From Eledone cirrhosa (taxonomy: Eukaryota): 64,000 nucleotides of DNA. Every line of letters starts with the position of its first letter. Within the stretch, counting starts at the first letter, position 1. The notes beneath the pieces are model-generated. The model ran no database searches. It saw only the letters and a list, made by a program, of their open reading frames with translations, and had not been told where the DNA came from. The position numbers were made by a program, and so were the translations under genes. Location of the stretch: positions 102,486,001 through 102,550,000 of the forward strand of contig OZ024740.1 in NCBI GenBank assembly GCA_964016885.1. Reading direction: 5' to 3'. Shown here one piece after another: positions 51,060 through 63,775 of this stretch.

Positions 51060-52283
51060 GTCTTGAACCTGGCAAGTTGTAGGGCTTTTCTGATTGTAAG
51101 ACTTTTGCACTGGATAGTTTTTTTGTCTGCAAACTTGTTTTTCATGTATTCCCACAAATTTCCAATAAGGTTGAGGTCAAGGCTATTTCCGGGCCATTCA
51201 GCCATTGTGACCTTGACTTTCTTAAAGTATTGCATAATCTTTGCTTTGTAACATGTCATACTCTGGTGCATGAATACAATCACTCACGTATGTGCATGTG
51301 TATTTCCATTTTGTCCTCCAACAATTCCAGGTAACTTTGACCATTCACAATTGTACCATGGTCAAAGAAATACAAACTGTTCCAGATTTTGAAATATTGT
51401 CTAACTAGGCGGGTGTTTCATCTTCTGTGTTCTATATGTTTCATATCTTTTTCCACAATACTAACTGATATGATATGATACTAACATACTACAAACTGAT
51501 GCAGCATTAATTAATCAGCATAGTTACGTCCCTTTACGGTCTGAGTTTAAATCCCGTTGAGGTTAACTTTGCCTGTCATCCTTACGGGGTCGATAAAATA
51601 AAGTACCAGTAATTCACTGGGTAATTGCTGGCCTTGTGCCAAAAGTAGAAACAATTAATCAGAAAACATAACCTGGCTTCATTGTTCCTCAGTCCAATGT
51701 TCATGTTTTTGTTTTTTTTTGTGCTTCCTTTTCACATCCAATATCACTCTGGGGTTGCAGACAACTTTATAAGATCTTACCCTAAATTCATGAATCAACT
51801 GGCATGATACATTCCTACAACTCACCTCTGCATCTTGTAGAAGCAGTGAAGTTCTAAATTTTCTTTTTTCGCGTGTATTTGTAGGAGAACACAAGGCAAT
51901 GTTTTTGGTGATACAATCATCTCTATGGGTAGTTCTTCTTGGACAACACCTATTCTTGTCAGAATATGACCACAAATTTACTAGTTGTTAATAGCATTAT
52001 GTCTTGCTACGACCCATTTTGACAAGTTATCTGTGTCAAGCTCTTTGAAAGGCAGAAAGTGGTGATTTTTTACCCCTTTTTTTTAAGTATACACACTTAG
52101 ATGAGAACAAATCTTTAAATTAGCAAATAATTTTGCTATAAATATTTAAATAATAAGGATGATGCAATAGATTGGAATTATTGCAAGTATTTTGGAAAGA
52201 ACAAAATGAACAATGCCATACTTTGCAATATTTGGAAAATGTTTAATGTTTACTAGGTGTTCATAAACTTTAGTGCCATGACT
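51060..52283 (-). mobile_element. Decayed Tc1-like DNA transposon, interrupted by a SINE at about 51520-51657
   Basis: CPRRTTHRDD...HEHWTEEQ (HTH region) and VFMHQ...WPGNSLDLNLIGNLWEYMK (compare WPxxSPDLNPIENxW); TIR-like tagtcatggcactaaagttt. Confidence 0.8.
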
Positions 52284-52399
52284 ATATATATTGAGTTGGA
52301 CAGAAAATTCCCACCATTTTTCAAAAATCATTTCTCATTTTCTGTTATGCCATTAAAAGGGAAGTAACATCATAGCCAAATCATTTATTCATGGATGTT

Positions 52400-52990
52400 T
52401 ACTTTATGGCTTTAAATCAGGTCTAAGCGTACTCGCATCAAATCATTGCATTAACAATGCATTTCACTCACACACCATGCCTGAACGCAATGCCAAGGAC
52501 TGGTTCACATGCTCTTGTTCCAATGATTACAGACTTGCAGATCAACTTTGTGCAGGACGTCCATCCGACTTCAATGATGAACAACTACATGAGCCGGTAA
52601 AAGCCAACCCATACCAGACATCACATCAACTCTCTGAACTGCTTTGGACATTGAAAACAACCATCCTCAATATGTAAGGTGTCCAAGTTGGGCCAATGGG
52701 TGCCCCACAATCTGACTGACTGTAATTGTAAATGTCGGGCAGCAGCTGTAACTTCTCTGCTCTCCTATCATTGAACAACCAATTGGTTATGTCCCATTCT
52801 CACTGGTGAGGAAAAATGGTGTCTCTACATAATTGCCAAGCGATCATGGGTTGATAAAGAGAGTGTGCCACAACAGAAAACAAAGGCTGGTCTCCACCTT
52901 CACAAGGCCCTACTGAGTGTCTGATGGGACTGCAAAGGTGTCATCCCCTACAAGCTGCTCCAAATGAACACCAACATAACCTGAATTCTG
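52400..52990 (+). mobile_element. Decayed mariner transposase fragment
   Basis: AGRPSDFNDEQL...ANPYQTSHQL, KLGQWVPHNL, ILTGEEKW and LLSV*WDCKG motifs. Confidence 0.85.
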
Positions 52991-53819
52991 TAATGGACTG
53001 TCTGAGAGGTCAGCACTGACTATCTATGAAGACCCATCCAACCCTTGCTTGCAGGGAGAGTGAGCATTAAATGATGATGATGATATATATATATATAGCG
53101 TGTAGGTATCATGACAAAAAGTACCCAGTACTTTGTAAATGAGCTTGACACTATGAAGGGTATCCAACTGTATAAACCAAGCTCAAATCAGTTCTGTATG
53201 AGCAAGATATAGTCACTTGCCCTAGCATTGCTCACAACAGGATAACTTGTCTAACCCATGTGAGTGTGGAAAAATGGACGTTAAACGGTGATGATGATGG
53301 CAAGTATGATGTGAGAGAAAGAAAAGTATGATTGCTAGATTGAATATATATATATATATATGAGTGATTCAAAATGTTGCTGTGAGAACTTGGTTGTTGT
53401 TTGGATGAAGCGTTATTGTTATTTATGTATCTACTTATCTATATGGTATAATACGAAACTGCATTTTCGCACCACAGTAGATTAAACCCAATTTTGTTGC
53501 ATACACACATACATTTTTTTAATTTTTTTAAAAAACTCTTTAGTCTTTATTGTGTTGTATCAGATGAAAGAATGGTATTTAACTAATGTATTGGTACGCG
53601 ATGGGGCCCACCCACAGCCCCGGCGGATAGAATGGAGAAGGCGTGTGTATGTGTGTTTTTTCAATAAATATTAGGATTTATTTTATAAATCGTTTGCAAT
53701 TCTTTCAGAATAAAAATATAAATAGAGCATATAAATAAATTTACAGTGGAATAACATAACAAATATGTTTTAAATATATACATAAATAACATTACAAATG
53801 CTTCGATAACATTATAAAT

Positions 53820-53911
53820 AGCTCGCGAATCATCTTTGAGGCCTAATGGTTGAGGCCTGTGGTTAAACAACAAATTCGAATATAGGCCAGAAATGTCAGC
53901 AGAAAATGTCG
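53820..53911 (+). promoter_or_regulatory. Putative promoter and first (5'UTR) exon of the C/EBP-gamma-like gene
   Basis: Locally CpG-retaining, TE-poor island at about 53.4-54.8 kb; TCGCGA at 53824; donor G|gtaaga at 53911/53912. The transcription start is unknown. Confidence 0.45.
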
Positions 53912-54179
53912 GTAAGATTTAAGTAGACGAATAAAGAAAACAAAATGATCACGAAATTACATATATATTTTATTTTAAATCGTTCTATAAAAATCTCTTT
54001 TGCATTGTAATTTTTTTTTTTTGTTTCGAAATATCTATGGTTTTAAATTTATTGGAAATATTTATGTTTTCGGAGTACCTACCGCTTTGACTCAATTTAT
54101 TACTATATAAAAGGGGTTTGTTTTTATTATATAATGTAACGTTTTACTTGAAAACGAATATTTACTTTTTACACTACAG

Positions 54180-54212
54180 ATCTGGAATTTAATTTCATAT
54201 TTGTAAAAAACG
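54180..54212 (+). other. Putative 33-nt 5'UTR exon of the C/EBP-gamma-like gene
   Basis: Acceptor tttactttttacactacag| and consensus donor CG|gtaagt. Confidence 0.5.
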
Positions 54213-56525
54213 GTAAGTAAAATTTTAAAAGTAATTTTTAAATTTGAATGTGTTTTCGCCATGCTTATTCAACCTGTGACTACCACATACTGTATCGTCT
54301 TTATTTGTGTTTATTTGGCAAATAACGAAAATTAGTTTCGGTTTCGAATTAGTTGTTTCCATTAGTTTAGAATTTAAGTACTTTTCATGGAAAATATCGA
54401 ACTATAACTAACTAAGGGAAATAACATTTCTCTGGAGTATTAATTTCATTCATATTATTAATTTCTTAGCCAAGGTACTCATGTTATATTAGTGTCTAGA
54501 AAAGTATCAAGAGGAGGTAATGAAAACTACTAGAATCGACCGAGAAATTTAGAATATTAAACTGTTAATAATGATTTCTTTTCTAATAATAAAAGTATTA
54601 ATTATTTCTAGTCACTTGCCAAAGAAATATAACTCAGCAATTTGTTTTATGAATTGTTTTCGATATATATGTCAATGATGCATCTATTTTTTTTATTGTA
54701 TCTTTTAAACTGCATTTATTAAACTACTTTTAACTAAATAAATATACATTTGTGTTAATAAACACTTTTTTCTGTTAATATTTCGAAGCAAACTCTTTTA
54801 TTACTAGTGCTGGTGTCACGAAAAACGTATCCAGTACATCCTGTAAGGTGGTTGATATTAAGAAGGGCAAGATGGGTCACCCGACTCGTTTGGTCTCGAA
54901 CCGAGACAACTCATCCAACTCATATCAGCCTGGAAGTGGACATAAAATCTGTCCTATAATATTACCGCCCCCTTTTTCTTCTCGGGACCCTATTATTGTA
55001 TGAGGGAGCGGTCAAACTGTGTTGGTTTGTTATAACCATTTCTTTATTTCAATGATTTGTAATAACGGCACTGAAAATGATTTTAAAAAAGAATCAAAAT
55101 AAACAACGGCAGTATAAAAATTGTAAAAGCAGAAAGTTCTTTGTTGAACCATTAAGTCATGAACAAACAGATAGGGGGACACATACATATATCATCATCA
55201 TTTAACATCCTCATTTCTGTGTTGGCATGGGTTTTTACAGTTCGTCATGGATCAAGTAAGTACTTAATCGGAGTTACTTTCCTCTCAACGATGGGCTAGA
55301 AGGCCTACATCTGACATACGTTCCGGTTTCAGCATGGATTCTACGGCCCGATGTCCTCCCTATCTCCAACCACTTTATAGAGTGGGTGTGTTTTATGGCA
55401 CCAGCACTAGGAAAGTTGTCATGTTCTTGACACTACTAAAAATCCTCTAAACTACGTTTGTATACCCTCCCCATGACCAATCACTTTACATAGTATATTG
55501 GGTATATTTTTCATTCACCAACACAAGAGAGGTTGTTATGTCTGTGGTGTGACTGAAGAGTCCTTTTCACCTTTTTAGTATGGTTTTTACAGCTAGTTGC
55601 TTTAAATGCATTTTATCAGAGCAGCAACACTAGTGAGGTTGTAGTCACTGATTGACTGAAGAATCGTTTCTATGGTGGGGTGGGCTTGTCCGAAGAAGTC
55701 AGAGTAGGAGGCAGAGAAGAAAGGACAACAATTATGATGTCATTGGTGTATAGTAGGTGTAATAGGATTTGATAGGGTGATGTTAAGGAGTAAAGGCTGT
55801 AAAAATGATCTCAGATAAGAGGAGTACTGGGATCTGGGATGAGAATAGTTATTAAAGAGTGATGAATGGATTGAGTGCAGGGGTGCAGTAATGATTTATA
55901 TAAAATGATTTTACATTGATTTTTCCATGCTGGCATGGGTTGGATCAGACCTTTTGAAGCAAATTTTTACAGCCAGTAGCTCTTTCTGATACTAACACTT
56001 TTAGTTGCATCTTACAACATGCAGATATATGGTGTACCTATGCTAAATCATTTTGTACTTGTTGCAAATTTTGCAATATTGTCTGTGACACAAACAGCTC
56101 CTCTTCTTTTGTTAAGTTGCACTGTTTTACTGCAACCATTCTCCTCCCACCACGTTGCTATTGTTTTCTACTTTAGCCTCAGTATTTTTCACACCCTTTA
56201 GTTATAGCTACTAGCTCCCATTTTCCTCTCTGCACCTCACTTACTCTGTGTTTGTTTTTGTAACCATGGTTCTAGCTGATCCTCTTTATCACATATTGTT
56301 TGGCTTAAATATAGTACATTTAATATGTAATTTCACGTAAGTTCTGTTTTGTTTTTGTCTCATAAAATACCCCATGCCAGTGTTTAGTTGCCTTGTTTCA
56401 CACCATGACCCTCAATAGACTAGCAGTACCATTGGTAATAGTCAAAATTATATGTCCATTTTAATGACCAATGACTGCAGAGTTTTTGTACCTGTTGCTA
56501 ATTTTGCTATATATATATATATATA

Positions 56526-57680
56526 TCATCATCATCATCTTCGTTTAACGTCCATCTTCCACGCTAGCATGGGTTAGACGGGAGTTGTCCCACTTGAGGC
56601 AAGGTTGGTCAGGTGACCATGTCTCACTCATATAGGCCTATCTGGCAGGTTTTCTACAGCTGGATGCCCTTCCTAACACCAACCACATTTACAGTGTGAA
56701 CTGGGAACTTTTTACCTACACGGCCACATTACAGCGTGGACTGTGTTTTATTGTCGTGACACCTACACGATCTCGATCTCATTATCTCATTTATTTGGAC
56801 TGGATGTTGTGGTACCAACTTACAGAGAGAGGTTGGTGGGAGTGGGAGGATAGGGTAGGGGTAGTGGATTGGGGTGTATATTTGGTTAAGAGGTGCCTAC
56901 TGACTGTAGGTTTCACTTTGTACATAGGCAAGGCGGGTCTTCTGTATTACTGCGTAGCGCAAAAGATCTCGGTCCAGTGACATTGTCTTAGAGAGTTGCA
57001 AGTGTGTAAGGTCAGAATTTATCAAATCGTCCCAGGTTTTTCTGGGTCCACCTACTCCATAACTACCATCAATTTTGATCGCTCTGCACTTTTTTATACA
57101 GCTGTTGTCTTTCATGCGCATCACGTGGCCATACCAACATAGTCTTCTCTCAAGTAAACAGCATCTGATCCCTCTTATTCCTAATTTCTCTCTTAGTTCA
57201 TTTATGCTTTGCTGTTCACGTATATTACTATTACACATCCAACGGAGCATGCATGCTTCGTTCCTTTCCAGTCTGCGCAGGTCCTCTGCACACAATGCCC
57301 ATGTCTCACTGCCATGTAGCATTGCTGTTCGTATACAGGCATCATACAATCTGCCTTTCATTTTTAGAGAGAAACCTTTTGTGGCCAACAGCGGTATAAG
57401 CTCTCTGAACTTTTTCCATCCCATTCTGACTCTGGCTACTGTACTTTCAGAACACCCTCCACCACTGCTGATTTTGTCACCCAGGTAATGGAAAGTGTCC
57501 ACTATTTCTATATAACCATCTGGGCAATAGAAGGAGCTAGTATCCTGTGAGCACTTGCTACTTATTGCACCTGAGCATCGGCCACATATAAAGTCTACGT
57601 TCTTAGATAGTTTACCTGTGATCCCACTACATCTTTTATGTACCCATAGTTTGCATTTGGGACATAAAATGGAATTTATA
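56526..57680 (-). mobile_element. 5'-truncated RTE-clade LINE (PHD-bearing family) in the putative C/EBP intron
   Basis: NSILCPKCKLWVHKRC...FICGRC...FHYLG...LHGSETW...WYGHV; SINE-like tail and (GAT)n; (TA)n on both flanks. Confidence 0.9.
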
Positions 57681-59027
57681 TATATATATAAAAACTTGCC
57701 AGACAAAGGGTCAGGAGGACTTTCCAGTTGTGTCAAGGGCATAACAACCTCCCTAGTGTTGGTGATTTACATGATAAATGCACCCAGTATATACTGTAAA
57801 GTGATTGGTGAAAGGAAGGGCATCCATTCATAGAAATCTTGCCAAACAAATGGTTGGAAGGACCCTCAGTTGTGTCAAAGGCATGACAGCCTCTCCTGAG
57901 CACTTGATAGAACTTGAGACTGTACATAAGCGAGACTCAGATCTCTGCCCTGCCTGGGAGATCAGTGGCTCCACTTCAGTCCGGACATGGTCTATATAGA
58001 CCCATCCAACCCTTGCTAGCAGGGAAAGTGGAAGTTAAAACAATGATGATTATGATATATGTTTACATATATACACAGCAGGCTTCCACAGTTTCTGTCT
58101 CCCAAATTTCAGTAACAAGGCATTGGTCATCCCAAAATTATAGTAGAAGACATTTTTTCAAAGTGTTATACAGTAGAATTGAACCCAAAACCACATGGTT
58201 TGCAAAACAGATTCCTTAACTATATATTCTCACCTCTCTGGTGTTTTCTGTTATTTTATCATTTTCTGTTCTCAGTCATAGCTTGTCCTGCATATTAATA
58301 CTTACCTATTGTCTCTTTCCTGATATTATCAGTGTTTTCTGTAGTGTGACTTTAAGGTATTTGATCCCAATTCTTTTTATTAATCCAGTTCCTTCTATCA
58401 CAGTACACAAAGATTTTACTAACTATTCATACATGTCTGTTCTTGTTTTTTTTATTCTATTCTTTGATTATGATTGCAGTTTACTTTTTCTTCTCTTTAT
58501 GACTTTATAAATCTTTTCATGATATGTATTTCTTGTTTTCTGTGATGGCTAACACTGCCTTTGTTTTCCAAATACTTTGTATTTTTTCCTTTTTTTCTCC
58601 TCCAAATTTCACTGTTTTATTGTCATACTTCTTTGGTTATTTTTCTTCAAACCAAGGCCCAGTTTATGATAAAAGGCATCACTACAGATTTGACCAAGAA
58701 CTTGATCTGACAGCAGCAGAAACTAGTTTTAGTCAAACCATCTGCTGATAATAAATAAAAAATGCCCAGTCCACACTGTAAAGTGGTTATGTTGGTGTCA
58801 CAACAAAAAGTATCCAGTCCACACTGTAAATTTTGGAGCCACATTATAAAGCACAATAAAATCACCCAGTAAATGGGGTTGGTGTTAGGAAGGGTATCCA
58901 GCTGTAGAAACCGAAATCAGAAACGGTTCTATATAGGCAATACACAGTCATCTGTTCTGGCTTGTCTCACAATGGGACAAATCGTCTAACCCATACTAGC
59001 ATGGAAAAATGGATGTTAGATGTAAAA

Positions 59028-60030
59028 CAGACTCATTGAAACATTCAGTTTGAGTAAACATGAGGCAGCAGCCAGAATATTAGATACTAATGAGTTGGGT
59101 GATTCTAAGCCTTCAGAACTCGTGGACTTTTGTATGTCCTGGGAAGACACCAGGTTTTCTGTTCAAGGAGGTATTCCTGCCTCCCCCCCCCATACACACA
59201 CACACACACAAATGCAGTCCTCATAACTCAGACTGAGCCCAAAGAGCTTCATGAGTTAGCAGCAGACATGTAGTTTTTGTTTGCAGGCATTGCAAATCAA
59301 TGCCATGAGGTCAACACCAAGACATGGCTAGGTTGCACAAAGTGACATTTGTTTCTATTGCAAGAAATTTGGAGCAAAAAAAAACCATGTAGCTTCAAGA
59401 GCTCTTCACCATTGACTCACGAAAACTTCAGGGCTGGCCACCAATAAACACCCTGGTTGCTAGCAAACACAATCAACTGCTCCTGACAAAGTTTCTTAAT
59501 GGACACAGAAGCATCTACAAAAGACCTCCGTTATGGTGAGTGGGGTCAACTTTTGGCAGCCACCAATGGTTCTACAATCAAAGTTTATGGATACTGCACA
59601 CTCTCCACATAGGCTCACAAGAATATACACGGACATTTACCTGATGTCCATCAACCTATCATTGGAGCAGACTTCCTTCAGACCCACTCACCGCTGGTCA
59701 ATCTTCAGGGAAGATGCCTCATCAACAGCAACACACATGCCTCCATTTCTCTGGCAACATCTGCTCATGCAGCTCCTCACATCTCTCAGACCAAGAACAA
59801 GTTCTCAGACCTCCTTTTGAAACTCACTACCTTGACATTCTACCAACCCACAACTCACCATGGAGTAAAGCATCACATTCCAACCACTGGTTCTCCAGTA
59901 CATAGCCATGTGTGTCATCTACCACCAGACAAACATGCTAATGCAGAGGTCAAGTTTGAAAATATGGAAGCTTTGGGTATCATTCATTAATCAAATAGTC
60001 TCTGGTCTTCACCTCTAATGTAGCACTTAA
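59028..60030 (+). mobile_element. Decayed Ty3/Gypsy gag-protease-RT remnant
   Basis: RLIETFSLS...ELGDSKPSEL (gag); FLMDTEAS, AATNGSTIKVYG and GADFL (protease); HGVKHHIPTTG..., LGII...WSSPL (start of RT). No LTRs recognised. Confidence 0.75.
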
Positions 60031-60176
60031 GAACAAACTGTGATTGCATATTCTCTTAACTATGTCTATTCACTTCAGACTTAATATTTAACCATGCTGC
60101 AAAAAAGTTCTCTTAATACATTATAATATAATCTTCACGCTGGGATGTTTATTCTTCTGGCAATGTTTATTCTTCA

Positions 60177-60375
60177 TTAACCCTTTAGCATTTAAACCAA
60201 CCGTATCCGGCCAGAATTCTTTTACCTCTTTCTGTTCTGACCAGCCATAACCGGACTTTCATACTTAAGTTAAGGTAGTGTTCTCAAAATAAATATCAAA
60301 ATCTCATAGATTTGATATTATGGGAGGTGAAAATATAATAGTAAATATAGAGTAATGTAAATACTAAAGGGTTAA
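60177..60375 (+). mobile_element. piggyBac-like MITE
   Basis: TTAA-ccctttagcattta ... taaatactaaaggg-TTAA. Confidence 0.8.
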
Positions 60376-60577
60376 ATAATAATCTAACAAATCACAATTT
60401 GTCATCAACTTTATTATTTATATAGCTTAACTATAGCAGTGTTTTTGTATAAAGATATATTTTTTTGAAAGATGATTTGAGCATATTTTATACAATTACC
60501 TGAATATCCAAAATTCTCATTTCTCACTGTTTTGTATTTTTCAGGGCTGTTAGTGTATCAAATCTTTTTCACCAAGA

Positions 60578-60985
60578 ATGCCTAAGAAACAGTTTGTGAT
60601 AGATAATTCAATGGATGATTTAAATGATGGCAGTGGAGATGCCAGTGATAAAAGTTCTATGCAAGATGAAAAATCTGGTGATATTTACAAGAAACGCCGC
60701 ATCCGTAACAATATTGCAGTGCGCAAGTGTCGCAGCAAAAATCGTTTGAAAGCAAAAGAAACGATCGATAGAGTGACACGATTACGTAAAGAAAACCAAG
60801 ATCTGCAACAAAAAATACAGACTCTTAACAAAGAACTTAGTTTCTTAAAGGACTTATTTATAGGACACAATACATCAATTGAAGAAGGTCATTGCAGTAT
60901 AGACCTCAATTGTCCAGAGAAAAAAAATTACACTGACCATGAATACTCTGTCACTCACAAATCATCAAACTCAGAGCAAAATTGA
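60578..60985 (+). CDS. CEBPG: CCAAT/enhancer-binding protein gamma-like bZIP transcription factor, 135 aa
   Basis: C/EBP basic region YKKRRIRNNIAVRKCR, leucine heptads, gamma-type LKDLF..H end, and a short N-terminus with no activation domain. Acceptor ttttcag| at 60544 and an in-frame TAG at 60551 upstream of the ATG. Confidence 0.9.
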   Translation: MPKKQFVIDNSMDDLNDGSGDASDKSSMQDEKSGDIYKKRRIRNNIAVRKCRSKNRLKAKETIDRVTRLRKENQDLQQKIQTLNKELSFLKDLFIGHNTSIEEGHCSIDLNCPEKKNYTDHEYSVTHKSSNSEQN

Positions 60986-63227
60986 TTCATTTACATATTG
61001 AACTCTTAACAAACCTTTAATATAAACTATTTAATCATTGCCAGAATCTTTCTATAATTTTGGTGGAAGGGAAAAAGTAAAAAAAATCGAAATACTTTTA
61101 ACCTTTCCTTGTCTGCCAGAAGGGTTAACTTATTTAATTTTTCCTTCCAAAATATTTGTCTTAAGCATTCTAATTAAGTGATAATGTCAAACACTTAACG
61201 ATTTGAAAGACTCGAGATATTACTTAGCATAAACTTTAAACACCCTTTATCAAATTATACCTATTGGATGAAATTTGATGTATTGATAGCTTAAGTTTCC
61301 AGTATTTCTGTGAAATTGAAATTGTATAATTTGTCATCCTGCAATTTTCTCTTACGTATATTTTTGATATACTGTTTGTTCGAAACCGTTTTTTTTTTGT
61401 TTTTTTTTTTGTTTGTTAATATCTCTCATTGTTTGTAAGATAATGTATGATAGTGTATTTCTGTATGTGTGTGTGTATGTACAATCAATATTTTCATCTT
61501 TGAGCATTAATTTTATTAATATTTATATCTGCCAGGGTAAATTGGAGAAGGATATTATGAGGCCTGCAAAGCTAATCCCTACTTTTGCAGGAAAAACGCC
61601 CTTTAAATGCTTGTTGTTGTATATGTGTTGATATTTTGCTTGCTATTCCTTATAGTTATTTCAATAGCTACTTCATTTTGTGGAACAGATATTGTTTTCT
61701 TGATATATATTATATATAAAACATCCAAGCGCATAGCAATAGTTTGTTTCTATGTTGTACTCAAATATGGAAGGAGACAAATAACAGGAGTAGATAAGAC
61801 GTTTATTTTTATGGTTTAGTTCGGAGAGAAAGGGCAACATTCAGGACCACCTCCACCCCCCCACCCCATCCTTAAAAAAAAAAAGCAAAACCTAGTCAGA
61901 ATGCTTACAACAGAGGTATCCACTAAAGATATCCAAGGGCCAGATAATTGTCTTAAACTGGGTACTATATTAAGTTTCCCCTATGGTGCCTTCAAATCAT
62001 TAACATATTACCAAAAATATTTGTGGCTGATATTTTAAAACATTTCTTTTGCTTTTCGACCCATGCCTTTTGTGTGAAATTCAGTAGATGGAAAATACTT
62101 AGAAGTTTATCAGATGGACTATATCTGTAATATAAAGGGTCAGCTTTCTTCCTGAGAATTCTGTTAAGAGTACACCTCTGTGAAATGCTCAACCACTTAC
62201 ATGTTAATTTCATGAGCAGGCCATTCCATTGATCAAACAACTGGAACACTCATCATCGAAACCAACAGGTCCAGCAACTAAGTTTCTTTTGCTGTTTCAT
62301 TTTGTTTTTAGGGCATATAATGCCTGCCCTCTATTAATTGTTGCTTAACCCCCACCCCATCTTTCCCCAGTCGAGTCTGATAAAGGAGACCATTATCAGA
62401 CTCGTCTGATAAAGGAACTTAAAGATATTCCAACCATGAGTATCATAGAGGACTGTAATTAACTGATATGTGCTTCCTCTTTTTAGGACAGTAGATTGTT
62501 ATTAGAGGGAGATTTTGTTGCTATTTTTAGCAAGTTTAGTGACCTCATAGAGACTTTTTAGTTGTTAATGTTTAAATGTGCTGAAAGGATTCTTTCATTT
62601 AACTATTTACCAAAGATTGAAATGATTATTTATTTCTTTTTATAGAAATTATAATGACCTTTTATCTAAACTCAGCAAACTTGAATTTTAAACCAGCGAA
62701 AGATTTAATGTTCTATGATATGTCAGTGGTTCATATACACTTGAGTTGTATGGATTTGCAAATTTAGGTATATTTTTTAACTGTTTAAGTTATTGAACAG
62801 CTGCCATGCTGGAGCACTGCTCTTCCAGGTGATAGTCAATTACATCTACTCCAATACATATTTTACCTCGCCTTACCTCAAGTCGTTGGGGCATGTCTTG
62901 AGCATTTATTTAACTTTAGTTCATATCAACTATAAAAGACCAAATGGAACTGGGTAGGTTTTAACTCTTAAAACTACATTAATAAGGCATTCTTGAAAAG
63001 TAAAAAAACAGCATTATGACTGCATCACATTAAAAATTGTCTTTATTTTATAAATTTCTACAACAATCTGTCCACTGAATTAACAAACCTATATATATAT
63101 ATATTGTTTTTTTTTCCCTGCTTTTACATTTTCTGCTAAGTCATTACAGGATGTTGAAAGTATTATGTCTTAGATATTCATATGAGATCTTTGAAGAGGT
63201 ATTCACTATAAGCTATTATAAAGTCTC

Positions 63228-63455
63228 TTAACCCTTTAATGTTCAAACCGGCCAAAGCCGGCCAGAATTCTCTACCTCTTTCTGTTGAAACTGGCTGTAA
63301 CTGGTCACTCAAACTGATGTTAAGGTATTGTTCTCAAAATAAATACTTTCAAAATCTCATAGATTCGATATTATGTGAGATAATTATACGAGGTAAAGCC
63401 TTTACCATGAAAATATAATAGTATATCTAGAGTAATGTGAATGCTAAAGGGTTAA
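63228..63455 (+). mobile_element. piggyBac-like MITE, same family as 60177
   Basis: TTAA-ccctttaatgttca ... tgaatgctaaaggg-TTAA; shared interior ccggccagaattct...ttctcaaaataaata. Confidence 0.8.
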
Positions 63456-63584
63456 TGTAATTGAAGTAAAAAATAATAATATACCTAACTCAAAAGACCA
63501 GTTTCAATCCATTGCTACTTGACCACTCAAATGCTATATTTCCAATAAATATAAGTACCCAGTCCAACTTGTCAGTTGGTAGTT

Positions 63585-63775
63585 TTAGTGCCATGATAAA
63601 AAGCACCTAATATACACAGTAATGTGTTTGGAAATAGGAAGGGCATCCAGCTGTAGAAACCAGGCCAGAAACAGTTCTGTATGAGCAAGATACAGTCATT
63701 TGATCTGACTTGTCTCACAATGGAATAAATCTAATTCATGCTAGCATGAAAAATGGACATTAAACAGTGATGATA
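63585..63775 (+). mobile_element. RTE-tailed SINE
   Basis: taggaagggcatccagctgtagaaacc...catgctagcatgaaaaatggacattaaacagtgatgat. Confidence 0.75.
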
